This document shows, piece after piece, positions 21,322 to 31,147 of a stretch of 62,841 nt of DNA; within the stretch, counting starts at the first letter, position 1; each line of letters starts with the position of its first letter. The position numbers and the translations under genes are program-made. This stretch comes from an uncultured delta proteobacterium (GTDB taxonomy: Bacteria; Myxococcota; Myxococcia; Myxococcales; Myxococcaceae). The stretch spans positions 1-62,841 of the forward strand of contig CAWCKH010000007.1 of assembly GCA_963796055.1 (NCBI GenBank). The letters run 5' to 3'. Below the pieces are notes generated by a model. It was not told the origin of the DNA, ran no database searches, and saw only the letters and a list, made by a program, of their open reading frames with translations.

Positions 21322-21717
21322 ATGAAGACGCGAGTGCAGAAGGTCCTCCGGGCCCGCGACCGGGCGTTCGAGCAGATGCGGGCCGCCAGCCGGAAGGCCT
21401 ACCAGGAGGCCCATTACATGGAGCAGGCGATGCTGCTCGGGCTCCGGAGCATGCAGAAGGAGCCGGAAAAGCACGCCGCGGCCATCGCGGTTGTCGAGCG
21501 CGAGCTGACGATGATTCGCGAGCTGGACCGGGCCTACATCGAGGAGGCGATGGTCCGCGACCGAAAGCTCTATCCGGCCGGCTTCAAGGCGTGGCTGTCG
21601 TTCGGAGAGGCGCTCGACAAGGTCCAGAAGGAGCTCTGCACCAGGTGCTCCCAGGCGGTCTTCAAGGCGTTCGACGAGGTCGTCCGCGCCGCGGAAGCCG
21701 ACTCGGAGAAGTTCTAG
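21322..21717 (+). CDS. Hypothetical alpha-helical protein
   Basis: Strong GC3 codon bias, amphipathic composition; no family recognised. Confidence 0.65.
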   Translation: MKTRVQKVLRARDRAFEQMRAASRKAYQEAHYMEQAMLLGLRSMQKEPEKHAAAIAVVERELTMIRELDRAYIEEAMVRDRKLYPAGFKAWLSFGEALDKVQKELCTRCSQAVFKAFDEVVRAAEADSEKF

Positions 21718-21871
21718 GATGGACCGCTCACCCGACGTGAGCCTCGGGGCCATCTTCACCTACAGCACAGATGCCCGCGCCCGAGCCCGGAGCAGGAGCC
21801 GCGTGCGCAACGCACTCGGTCCTTCCGCCTCATCGACCTGGACCCGTGGGGCGTTTCTCCTGGAGGACCGG

Positions 21872-22306
21872 ATGCACCTCGAGCGCGAGTACGACGGCCG
21901 ATGCCTGTGTGGCGGGGTCGAGCTTCGGGCGGTGGGAAGGCCCGCGGCGATGTGGTTCTGCCACTGCAGCTCCTGCCGGAAGTGGTCAGCCGCGCCGGTG
22001 AACGCCATGGCCCTGTGGCCGCCCACCGCGGTGAGCATCGTTCGTGGAGCCGACCAGGTCGGGTCCTTCCAGAGGACCGAGCGCCTCATCCGGAAGTGGT
22101 GCCGGAGCTGCGGGGGCCATCTGCTGAACGAGCGGCCCACCTGGGGCGTGGTCGACGTCTACCTCGGCGTGCTGGACGCGTTCCCCTTCGATCCGATGAT
22201 GCACGTGAATTACGCCGAGGCGGTCTTCCCCGTCCGTGACGGGCTCCCCAAGCTGAAGGACCTCCCGGTGGAGATGGGCGGGTCCGGGGTGGTCCTTCCC
22301 GAGTAG
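21872..22306 (+). CDS. GFA family (glutathione-dependent formaldehyde-activating-like) Zn protein
   Basis: GRCLCG, CHCSSCRK, CRSCG; GGAGG RBS. Confidence 0.9.
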   Translation: MHLEREYDGRCLCGGVELRAVGRPAAMWFCHCSSCRKWSAAPVNAMALWPPTAVSIVRGADQVGSFQRTERLIRKWCRSCGGHLLNERPTWGVVDVYLGVLDAFPFDPMMHVNYAEAVFPVRDGLPKLKDLPVEMGGSGVVLPE

Positions 22307-22375
22307 CCGCCCCTGGGTGACGCTGGCGCGACCGGTGTTGCCTGCCGGCCGAGGCTGGGGTCTGTTCGCCGCGCC

Positions 22376-23563
22376 ATGAATTCGCAGCTTCGGTGGTTCG
22401 CGGTGCTCGCACTCTGCATCGGAGCCGCCTGCTCGCGCGGAGCCGGGAAGGACCAGGATCGTGCCGGGGCCGCTCCGCCGGCCGTCACCCTGCCCGCGAG
22501 CGCCTCGACCCAGCAGGCTTCCCCGGCACGACCCGGCGAGACCTGCGACACGGGGATCTCGGCCGCCCGCAACCGCTCACCCCAGGCCGAGACCGCGGCG
22601 CTGACCGCGGGAGGCTCGACCTCGTCCTCGTCGGTGAATGCACCCCCGGGGATGGTCTGGATCCCGGGCGGCGAATTCGACCAGGGCTCGGACGAGGAGT
22701 TCCAGGACGCGCGCCCCGTCCATCGGGTGAGCGTGGACGGCTTCTGGATGGACGCAACCGAGGTGACCAACGCGGAGTTCGAGCGGTTCGCTGACGAGAC
22801 GAGGTACGTGACCGTCGCGGAGCGCATCCCCCGGGCCGAAGACTACCCTGGCGCGCTCCCGGACATGCTGGTGCCGGGTTCGGTCGTCTTCTCGCCGCCC
22901 AGGAAGGCCGTCCCCCTCGACAACCACTTTCAGTGGTGGAACTACGTCAAGGGTGCGAGCTGGCGTCACCCGGAGGGCCCGGACAGCTCGATCGCGAAGC
23001 GGATGCACCATCCCGTGGTCCACATCGCCTTCGAGGACGCGCTGGCCTTCGCGAAGTGGGCCGGGAAGCGCCTTCCGACCGAGGCGGAGTGGGAGTTCGC
23101 CGCCCGCGGAGGCCTGGCCCGGAAGAAGTACCCGTGGGGTGACGAGTTCCGGCCCGGCGGCAAGTTCCTGGCCAACACCTTCCAGGGCCATTTCCCCGAC
23201 CACAACACCGCCCAGGACGGGTACGTGGCCACGAACCCGGTGAAGGCCTTTCCGCCCAACGCCTACGGCCTCTATGGAATGGCCGGGAACGTCTGGGAAT
23301 GGGTCTCCGACTGGTACCGGCCGGACTACTACGCGCGCCTCGCCGACACCGGCGGAGTGGCTCGCAACCCGCCCGGTCCCGCCGACAGCTTCGACCCGTC
23401 GGAGCCCGGCGTCGCCAAGCGCGTTCAGAAGGGCGGCTCGTTCCTCTGCACCGACCAGTACTGCTCCCGCTACATGCCCGGGGGGCGCGGGAAGGGTGCG
23501 CCGGACACCGGAACCAACCATCTCGGGTTCCGGTTGGTTCGATCCGCATCCTCCCCTCGGTGA
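22376..23563 (+). CDS. Formylglycine-generating enzyme (SUMF1/FGE-sulfatase) family lipoprotein
   Basis: Lipobox AAC; RLPTEAEWEFAARGG, GNVWEW, GGSFLCTDQYCSRY, GFRL. Confidence 0.92.
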   Translation: MNSQLRWFAVLALCIGAACSRGAGKDQDRAGAAPPAVTLPASASTQQASPARPGETCDTGISAARNRSPQAETAALTAGGSTSSSSVNAPPGMVWIPGGEFDQGSDEEFQDARPVHRVSVDGFWMDATEVTNAEFERFADETRYVTVAERIPRAEDYPGALPDMLVPGSVVFSPPRKAVPLDNHFQWWNYVKGASWRHPEGPDSSIAKRMHHPVVHIAFEDALAFAKWAGKRLPTEAEWEFAARGGLARKKYPWGDEFRPGGKFLANTFQGHFPDHNTAQDGYVATNPVKAFPPNAYGLYGMAGNVWEWVSDWYRPDYYARLADTGGVARNPPGPADSFDPSEPGVAKRVQKGGSFLCTDQYCSRYMPGGRGKGAPDTGTNHLGFRLVRSASSPR

Positions 23564-23567
23564 CCCG

Positions 23568-24479
23568 TCAGGCCCCGAGCGCCAGGCCGCGCAGGCTCCG
23601 GATCAGGTCGTCGACGAGCGGCGAGCCGACGGCTCCGGGCGCGATCAACGCGCGAAGCACGAGGCGCGGCAGGGGTGGGCGAACCTCCACCTCTGCGAGA
23701 GTGCCCTCCTTCAATTCCTGTTCCACGGCGTGCGCCGGCAGCAGTCCGAGCGCGTTGCCTCCGGCCAGGATCCCTCGCTTCACTCCCTCGACGTTCCCCA
23801 GCGTCTGGGTCCTGGGAAGCGGAACCTCCGCGGCCTCGAAGTACTGCCGCAAGAGCCGATGGTAGGGGCCACTCGCATCGCTCATGCAGAGCTCACAGCG
23901 GCGGAGCTGGTCGGGCGGCGCGCGCTGCTGGACGAGTGGGTGACCCGGAGCGGCCAGCACCGCGAGGCGCGCCGTCGTCAGGATCGAGGCGTCCTGGCCG
24001 CCACCCGGGCCGCCCGTCTCACCTTCGAGGACCAAGCCCAGGTCGCTCTGGCCGGCCGCGACGCTCTCGCGAATCTCGGCGCACGTCCCGGTGACCACTT
24101 CCAGCTGGACCTTGGACCAGCGCGCGCGCAGGGCTGCCAGGCGGGACGGCAACACGTAGGCGTTGATTGACTCGACTGCCGCCACGACCAGGGTGGCGTT
24201 CACGTCCGTGGACACCCGGGCGAGGTCCGCCAGGAGCTGGCTGGTGAGGGTCAGGATGTTCCGCGCCCGCGGAAGCAACGCCTCGCCCGTCGGGGTCAAC
24301 GTCGAGCCTCGGGGCGCCTTGCGAAAGAGAGCCGTGCCCAGGGCTCGTTCCAGCGAGCTCAGGGTCTCGGAGACGGTGGATTGCGAGAGTCCCAGCGACC
24401 GGGCGGCGCGGGTATGACCGCCCAGCTGGGCCACGGCCAGGAAGACACGCAGGTGGCGAAGCTCGAGTTCCGGCTTCAC
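23568..24479 (-). CDS. LysR family transcriptional regulator
   Basis: LRHLRVFLAVA..TRAARSLGLSQSTVS..LERALG HTH; divergent from the isochorismatase gene. Confidence 0.93.
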   Translation of the reverse strand: MKPELELRHLRVFLAVAQLGGHTRAARSLGLSQSTVSETLSSLERALGTALFRKAPRGSTLTPTGEALLPRARNILTLTSQLLADLARVSTDVNATLVVAAVESINAYVLPSRLAALRARWSKVQLEVVTGTCAEIRESVAAGQSDLGLVLEGETGGPGGGQDASILTTARLAVLAAPGHPLVQQRAPPDQLRRCELCMSDASGPYHRLLRQYFEAAEVPLPRTQTLGNVEGVKRGILAGGNALGLLPAHAVEQELKEGTLAEVEVRPPLPRLVLRALIAPGAVGSPLVDDLIRSLRGLALGA

Positions 24480-24563
24480 GCCGACCTCTTACCATCGGCG
24501 CGGCCGATGCGCTCCATCGGTGCTTTGGACACCGGAGCGCGAGCGGGGAGGCTCGGCGCTCCC

Positions 24564-25157
24564 ATGGAGAGCTTGCCGAGTCCCGAGGTCCTGTTGCTCG
24601 TCGACATCCAGCAGGGGTTCGACTCGCCGACGTGGGGGAGGAGGAACAACCCGGAGATGGAGGTACACGTCGCCGACCTGCTCGCCGCGTGGCGCTCGAG
24701 CAACCGGCCGATCATCCACGTGAAGCACATGTCGACCGACCCCACCTCGCCCCTGCGTCCCGACCAACCTGGCAACGCGTTCAAGGTCGAGGCGGCACCC
24801 AGACCGGGCGAGCGCGTCATCCAGAAGCGCGTCAATAGCTGCTTCATCGGGACCTCACTCGAGGCGGAGCTGCGAGCCGCCGGCTACGACACCCTGGTCA
24901 TCGTCGGACTGACGACCAACCACTGCGTCTCGACCACGGCGCGCATGGCGGCAAATTTCGGGTTCGACGTGTGGGTCGTCTCCGATGCGACCGCCGCGTT
25001 CGACCGAGTGGGGCCGGACGGAATGCGCTATCCGGCGGAGCTGATCCACGCGGTCGCTCTCTCCGATCTCCATGGGGAATTCGCCACCATCGTCGACACC
25101 GAGAGCGTGCTCGAGGTCGTCGAGTGCCCGCCCCGATATTCCAGGGTGCCACGATGA
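24564..25157 (+). CDS. Isochorismatase-family cysteine hydrolase
   Basis: LLLVDIQQGF, IQKRVNS, GLTTNHCVSTTAR (D-K-C triad). Confidence 0.92.
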   Translation: MESLPSPEVLLLVDIQQGFDSPTWGRRNNPEMEVHVADLLAAWRSSNRPIIHVKHMSTDPTSPLRPDQPGNAFKVEAAPRPGERVIQKRVNSCFIGTSLEAELRAAGYDTLVIVGLTTNHCVSTTARMAANFGFDVWVVSDATAAFDRVGPDGMRYPAELIHAVALSDLHGEFATIVDTESVLEVVECPPRYSRVPR

Positions 25158-27175
25158 CGACGAGGGAGCGCGGCTTCACCTGCATCCTGGCGTTGCCGCT
25201 CGTCGCGCTGATGTCGTGCACGAGCCCCGCCGCAGCCCCTGCCGGGGCCACCCCGGGCGTCGACCGGAGCATCGACCCCTGCACCGACTTCGACGCGTTC
25301 GCGAACGGTCCGTGGCGGGCGGCGAACCCCATTCCGGCCCAGCTGTCGCGCTGGGGCCGGCGCGCTGCTGCTCGCGAGACGAACAGGCGCCAGTTGCAGG
25401 AGCTGCTCCAGGATCTCTCCCGTCGCGAGGACTGGCCGCATGGAAGCATCGAGCGACTCCTGGGCGAGCACTACGCGTCGTGCATGAACGAGGCGAGGGT
25501 CGAGAGTCTGGGGCTCACCCCGCTGGCCCCGTTGCTCGCCGACATCGATGCAATCCGGAGTCGAGCCGACCTCCAGCGGAGCATCCGGCGTCTGCACGAC
25601 CTGGCCGTTCCGGTCGGCTTCGGGGTCGTCGGGAGCATGGACAACCACGACCCCGAACGTTTCATCGCGAACGTCGTCCCCGGCGGCTTGGGGTTGTCCA
25701 GCCGGGACAAGTACCTCCAGAGCGAGGCACGCGAGCGGTACCGGGCGCACGTCGCGCACGTCCTCGCGCTGGCAGGGTCTAAGGACGACGCGGCCCGCGA
25801 GTCCTCCCTCGCCATCCTCGGACTCGAGAAGCGCCTGGCCCAGGCCTCTCTCGGCGCCACGGCGTCGGCCGACCCGGCGGCGACCAACCATCGAATGACC
25901 TTCACGCAGCTCGAGCAGCTGGCGCCGGGCGTCGATTGGAACGCCTACTTTACCGAGGCCGGGCTGCCCCGGGTCGACCTCAACGTCGAACAGCCGAACC
26001 TCCTCCGGCAGCTCGACGCGGAGCTGCGCGAGACGCCGCTTCCAGTCTGGAGGGCGTACCTCCGCTGGCGGTTGCTCGATTCCGCGGCGCCCTTCCTTTC
26101 GAGAGCCTTCGTCGATGCGACCTTCGCCTTCGCGCACGATCTCCCACCGGGAACGGTGGAGACGACGTCGCGTGCGCAGCGCTGCGTGGAGTCGACGGAG
26201 GGCCTGTTCGGAGACGCGCTCGGGCGAAAATACGTCGAGCGGCATTTCCCGCCCGCCGCCAAGACGAAGGTGCAGGAGATCGTTCAAGCACTGCTGAAGG
26301 TCCTGAAGGACGACGTCGCCGGCCTGGAGTGGATGCGCCCCGGGACCCGGAAGAGGGCGCTGGAGAAGCTCCAGGGATTCGACGTGCAGGTCGGGTACCC
26401 CGAGCGGTGGAAAGACTACTCGGGCGTCGAGGTTCGCCGCGACGCATTCTGGGCCAATGTCGCCATGGGAAGAAGGTTCAACGTCGACGAGAACCGCAGG
26501 GGCATCGGCAAGCCCACCGAGCGCGATGCCTGGCAGCTACCACCCTCCTCGCCCGACGCGTACATCGATCTCCAGCTCAATCAGATGGTGCTGCCCGCCG
26601 GCTTCCTGCGACCGCCGGCGTTCGGTCTCGACCGGAGCGATGCCGAGAACTACGGGGCGATCGGCGCGAGCATCGCGCACGACCTGACCCACGGGATCGA
26701 CGCCGGAGGATCCGAGCTCGACCTCCACGGCCGTCCCCGACCCTGGTGGACCGAGGCGGATCGCCAGGGATTCCAGACGCGTGGCCGCTGTGTCTCGGAG
26801 CAGTTCGAGGGGTACTTCATCGAGCCGGGCCTCCACCACCAGGGCAAGCTCGTGCTCAGCGAGGCGATCGGAGATCTGGCCGGCGTCCGCCTGGCCTTCG
26901 TCGCGTTCCGTCAGTCGCTGGAGAGGAATCCGGTCCCGGTGCGTGTCGGCTTCACCCCCGAGCAACGGTTCTTCATCGCCTACGGGCAGCTGCGCGGCGA
27001 TGCCGTTCGCCTCGAGGCGCAGCGCCAGATGCTGACGACGGATCCACACCCGCTTCCGAAGTTCCGGGTCATCGGGCCCCTCTCGAATCTGCCCGAATTC
27101 CAGCGGGCGTTCTCTTGCAGGGCCGGGGCCGAGATGGTGAGGTCGCCCGAGAAGCGATGCGCAGTGGTCTGGTAG
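25154..27175 (+). CDS. M13 (neprilysin/PepO) family lipoprotein with atypical active site
   Basis: DRSIDPCTDF, NYGAIG, DPHP..RV motifs; zinc motif reads HDLTH. Confidence 0.88.
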   Translation: MTTRERGFTCILALPLVALMSCTSPAAAPAGATPGVDRSIDPCTDFDAFANGPWRAANPIPAQLSRWGRRAAARETNRRQLQELLQDLSRREDWPHGSIERLLGEHYASCMNEARVESLGLTPLAPLLADIDAIRSRADLQRSIRRLHDLAVPVGFGVVGSMDNHDPERFIANVVPGGLGLSSRDKYLQSEARERYRAHVAHVLALAGSKDDAARESSLAILGLEKRLAQASLGATASADPAATNHRMTFTQLEQLAPGVDWNAYFTEAGLPRVDLNVEQPNLLRQLDAELRETPLPVWRAYLRWRLLDSAAPFLSRAFVDATFAFAHDLPPGTVETTSRAQRCVESTEGLFGDALGRKYVERHFPPAAKTKVQEIVQALLKVLKDDVAGLEWMRPGTRKRALEKLQGFDVQVGYPERWKDYSGVEVRRDAFWANVAMGRRFNVDENRRGIGKPTERDAWQLPPSSPDAYIDLQLNQMVLPAGFLRPPAFGLDRSDAENYGAIGASIAHDLTHGIDAGGSELDLHGRPRPWWTEADRQGFQTRGRCVSEQFEGYFIEPGLHHQGKLVLSEAIGDLAGVRLAFVAFRQSLERNPVPVRVGFTPEQRFFIAYGQLRGDAVRLEAQRQMLTTDPHPLPKFRVIGPLSNLPEFQRAFSCRAGAEMVRSPEKRCAVVW

Positions 27176-27747
27176 TCGGTTCCGCGATGGCCTACCCCGG
27201 GCTCCGCGAGCCCTCCGCCGCCCTCCCCTCCCTGTTGGAGACGAACCTGCCCGGCGTCCGAGGTGGGCATCCGCGCTGCCCCGCACGCTGGCGTAAGCCT
27301 TGCTACGACCGATCCGCGCGATGCGTGGAGTCATCACCGGAAGAGACATCATGCGGAACGCCGGGCTCATCTATCGGGAGTTCGGCGTCCGCTGTCTCGC
27401 TCGGTGCCTGCGGGTCCTCGCCACCAGGAGGCGGACGACGTTTCTCGAGGTGATCAACCGATGTTGACCCCCAAGAGCGGGCCGGGCACGGATTGTCCCT
27501 TCCAGCCGCCTCTCCGCCCCAGCTCGGCCTCTGGTGAGTGCCGTCCGAGCTTCGAGACCCGCCCTACCCTGACGACGTGCCACACACTGCTCTCCCCTCA
27601 GCGGGACTGGCGAGATGAGCACGGAGCGCGTCGGGTCGCGGCCCTCTGCGACACACCGCTGGAGGGCCTCGTATCGCGGAGCCCACCGTTGTAGAAGCGA
27701 GGCGGCTGCGGGGGACTGGTCCAGTCAAACCAGCGGGAGGGCGAACC

Positions 27748-28248
27748 GTGCCCGGGAGCTTCGGCACCTTGGTCCAGCGAGGGCGCGCGCTCGCCGCCGT
27801 CGTCCTTCTGGCCGTGGGCTGTGGTGGGGCCGGTTACGGCCCCGTTGCACAGTGCCGAGCCTCGCAGCTCCACGGTCCCCTGGAGGCGCTCGGGCCGCCG
27901 GGCCTGGACTGCTCCGCCGTGGAGTGGGACTTCGGGGTGGTCCACGACCTGGCGATCTTCTTCGGCGCCGGTTCGCAGCAGCAGATCGAGCTGATCCTTT
28001 CCGGGTTCAGCTACCGAGTCGCCACCACTGCGGGGCAGAACTACGCGGGGGGAAGCGTGCTCTACCTCGACCCCAACGGCTCCAACCTCGCGCTCGGGCT
28101 GTTCCAGATCCTCACCTACCCGAGCGGCTGGACGACGCCCCACAATCCCTACAGCGAGGCGCCCACGATCGGGAACTACCTGTGCGACATGAAGTCAATG
28201 CGCTTTGACGCTCCGGCTCCGGACCAAGGCGCGGACGCGGGATGCTGA
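27748..28248 (+). CDS. Hypothetical lipoprotein
   Basis: Lipobox LAVGC; GGGAGG upstream. Confidence 0.6.
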   Translation: MPGSFGTLVQRGRALAAVVLLAVGCGGAGYGPVAQCRASQLHGPLEALGPPGLDCSAVEWDFGVVHDLAIFFGAGSQQQIELILSGFSYRVATTAGQNYAGGSVLYLDPNGSNLALGLFQILTYPSGWTTPHNPYSEAPTIGNYLCDMKSMRFDAPAPDQGADAGC

Positions 28249-28379
28249 CCTGCTCGAGGACGGCCTCCGGGTACGCCAAGACACCGTCGCCCCTGTTGCC
28301 CAGGAAGCCACCCCGAGCACTTTGCCGTCTTGACGCGTTGGGCTTCTGACGCCCAAATCGCCGAACCTGGGGGTGCCCA

Positions 28380-29324
28380 ATGCCTGCTCTGGTCCGGGGC
28401 CCGACCGTCGTCGTCCTCGCGCTGCTGTGTCTGTCGGGTTGCAACCTTCCGATCTGCCCGCAACCAGACGGAGGCGTCATCCTCGTCGGGACACCCCCGC
28501 AGATCACCTGCCCGGCAAACATCACCCAGCCGAAAGACCCCGGCGCCTGTACAGCGGTGACGACGTTCTCGCCGACCTTCTCGGAGGATTGCTCCCCGAC
28601 CGTCGTCTGCGACCCGCCGTCGGGCACGGTGTTTCCGCTCGGGACGACGACGGACACCTGCACGGTCACTGACGAGCTGGGGCGCAAGGCGAGCTGCAGC
28701 TTCACCGTGACCGTGACCGACACGGTGCCGCCGGTGATCACCTGCCCGGGCAACATCGCCAAGTCGCAAGACCCCGGCGCGTGTACGGCGGTGGCGACGT
28801 TCTCGCCGACGTTCTCGGACGATTGCCCCGCGACCGCCGTCTGCGATCCGCCGTCGGGCACCGCGTTTCCGATCGGGACGACGACGGACACCTGCACGGT
28901 CACTGACCAGTCGGGGCAATCGGCCAGTTGCAGCTTCACCGTTGCCGTGACCGATACGGTGCCACCGATCGCCTCGATCGTGGCCAGCCCAGACACCCTC
29001 TGGCCGCCGAATCACAAGCTCGTGCCCGTCTCGATCACCGCCTCGGCGACCGACTGCGACCCCTCGCCGACCTGCAGGATCGTCTCGGTGACCGCCAACG
29101 AGCCGGTGCTGGGTCCCGGTAGCGGCCACACCGACCCTGATTGGGTCATCACCGATCCGGGGCCGAAGGTGAGTCCGGCGGTGCTCGGCGTCCAGCTGCG
29201 CGCCGAGCGTGCGGGGGGAGGCTCGGGACGCGTGTATCGGATCGACCTCACGTGCGCCGACGCGTCGGGCAACACCACCGCCGGCGCCACGACCGTGGCC
29301 GTCCCGCACGACCAGGGTCACTGA
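28380..29324 (+). CDS. HYR-domain lipoprotein (two tandem HYR repeats plus C-terminal LWPPNH domain)
   Basis: ITCP.NI...PPSGT.FP.GTTT.TCTVTD..CSFTV twice; LWPPNHKLV; LRAERAG. Confidence 0.85.
   Translation: MPALVRGPTVVVLALLCLSGCNLPICPQPDGGVILVGTPPQITCPANITQPKDPGACTAVTTFSPTFSEDCSPTVVCDPPSGTVFPLGTTTDTCTVTDELGRKASCSFTVTVTDTVPPVITCPGNIAKSQDPGACTAVATFSPTFSDDCPATAVCDPPSGTAFPIGTTTDTCTVTDQSGQSASCSFTVAVTDTVPPIASIVASPDTLWPPNHKLVPVSITASATDCDPSPTCRIVSVTANEPVLGPGSGHTDPDWVITDPGPKVSPAVLGVQLRAERAGGGSGRVYRIDLTCADASGNTTAGATTVAVPHDQGH
28495..28968 (+). repeat. 234-bp intragenic tandem duplication (HYR units)
   Basis: ATCACCTGCCCGG at 28503 and 28737. Confidence 0.85.
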
Positions 29325-29464
29325 GGCTGGCGGCTCGGCGCCGAGTCAGACAGAGGTGCGCTATTTCGACGGCGGCCACCCAGGCCACCGGGAGCGTTTC
29401 CGACCCCCCTCCAGGGAACGATTGAATAAGGTGCGCTTCGGCCCCGGACCGGCGGCCCGATCGC

Positions 29465-30241
29465 ATGGACCTGTTGGCCTTCGACAATGTCGCCATCGGT
29501 TACCGTCGAGGGCGGCCACTCCTTCCACCGATTTCCTTTGGGGTGGCGACCGGAGACCTGGTCGGCATTCTCGGGCCCAACGGAGCGGGGAAGAGCACGT
29601 TCCTCAAGACGCTGCTCGGGCTGTTGCCTCCCATCCAAGGCACAGTGCGCTACCCGATGGGGCGCCGGCCCCGGCTGGGCTACGTGCCACAGCATGCGCG
29701 CTTCGATTTTGCATATCCGCTCTCGGTGCTCGAGGTGGTGCTGATGGCGCGCTCCTCGCAGCTGGGTCTCTTTCGTCGGCCGGGGAAGAAGGACGTCGAG
29801 ATTGCCGAGCGCGAGCTCGAGGCGGTGGGTCTCCAGTCGATCTCTGGGCAGGCGTTTCGCTCGCTGTCGGGCGGCCAGCAGCAGCGAGTGCTGGTGGCTC
29901 GCGCGCTGACCGGCGAGCCAGAGCTCCTGGTGCTCGACGAGCCCACGAGCAACATGGATCCTGCCGCCGAGCATTCGCTCCTCTCCATGGCCAGCTCGTT
30001 GACCGCGGCGCGAAACATGGGGGTGGTCTTCGTCACCCATGAGATCTCCGCCGTCGCCGACTTTGCGAGGACGGTGATCCTGCTCGACGGTGCGAAGAAG
30101 TACTTCGCGCTCGGGCCGGCAGACGAGGTCGTGACCTCCGAGGCGATGAGCGCGCTCTATGGCCGCCCGGTCGAGGTTCGCCGCGAGGACGGCCGGGTGT
30201 TCGTCTGGCTCTCGGCCGACGGAAGCGGAGGCCCCCCATGA
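29465..30241 (+). CDS. znuC: Metal (Zn/Mn) ABC transporter ATPase
   Basis: GPNGAGKST, LGYVPQ, LSGGQQQR, LLVLDEP. Confidence 0.88.
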   Translation: MDLLAFDNVAIGYRRGRPLLPPISFGVATGDLVGILGPNGAGKSTFLKTLLGLLPPIQGTVRYPMGRRPRLGYVPQHARFDFAYPLSVLEVVLMARSSQLGLFRRPGKKDVEIAERELEAVGLQSISGQAFRSLSGGQQQRVLVARALTGEPELLVLDEPTSNMDPAAEHSLLSMASSLTAARNMGVVFVTHEISAVADFARTVILLDGAKKYFALGPADEVVTSEAMSALYGRPVEVRREDGRVFVWLSADGSGGPP

Positions 30242-31107
30242 GCTTCTGGGAGGCCCGATTCCTCTGGGAAGAGCCGATGCTCGCCGCCGTCCTCGCCTCG
30301 GCGATGCTCGGCTACCTGGGGTTCTTCGTGGTGCTGCGCCGGATCGCCTTCATGAGCGCGGCGTTGAGCCAGGTCTCGGGCCTCGGCGTCGCGACCGCCT
30401 TTCTCGTCGGCAGCTTCGCCGGCATCACCCCTCACGCCGAGACTCCACCGTGGCTCAACCCATCGCTGTGGGCGCTGGTCTTCGCCTGCCTCGGGGCAGC
30501 GGCGATGGCGGTGCCCGCTCGTTCACGACGGGTGACCCCCGAAAGCGCGGTTGCGCTCGCTTACCTGGCGTCGAGCGCCTTCGTGCTGCTGGTTCTCGCC
30601 AGTCCGCGGATCGCGCAGGAAGCGCACGAGATTGGCGACCTCCTCTTCGGCAACGCGGTGGTGGTCCGGCGGCAGGACCTCCGGAACCTCGGGTTCGCAG
30701 CGCTCCTGGTCCTGCTGGTGCACGGCCTCCTCTTTCGCTCGTTCCTCTTTGCCTCCTTCGACTCCGACACTGCGCGGGTGTCCGGAGTGCCGGTCCGGGG
30801 GGTGGAGCTGGCGCTCCACCTCTCGCTGGCGGTGGCGGTGGCGGTGGCCACGCGTGCGCTCGGGGCGTTGCCGGTCTTCTCGTTCCTGGTCCTTCCCGCG
30901 GGAGCAGCCTTGCTTCTCTCCGAACGGCTCCGGACCGTGCTCTTCCTCTCGGTCCTGCTCGCGGTCGGTGCGGCCGCCGGGGGGTACGCCTTGTCCTGGA
31001 CACTGTCGCTTCCGACCGGCTCGGTCATGGTGGCTCTGGGGGTGGGCATGTGGGGCATCGCCGGCCTCAAGCGGCTGGTGGAGGTCCGGCTCGGTCGAGA
31101 GTCGTGA
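30238..31107 (+). CDS. znuB: Metal ABC transporter permease
   Basis: GFFVVLRRIAF..ALSQ, LLFGN, SFDSDTARVSG. Confidence 0.85.
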   Translation: MSFWEARFLWEEPMLAAVLASAMLGYLGFFVVLRRIAFMSAALSQVSGLGVATAFLVGSFAGITPHAETPPWLNPSLWALVFACLGAAAMAVPARSRRVTPESAVALAYLASSAFVLLVLASPRIAQEAHEIGDLLFGNAVVVRRQDLRNLGFAALLVLLVHGLLFRSFLFASFDSDTARVSGVPVRGVELALHLSLAVAVAVATRALGALPVFSFLVLPAGAALLLSERLRTVLFLSVLLAVGAAAGGYALSWTLSLPTGSVMVALGVGMWGIAGLKRLVEVRLGRES

Positions 31108-31147
31108 GGCCGGAGGGAGTCATGAGCGTCGAGAGGCGCGAGGCGGC

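Noticed and set aside
29410..29440. Zur/Fur box upstream of the metal ABC operon
   Set aside because: AT-rich patch (AACGATTGAATAAG) without a convincing palindrome
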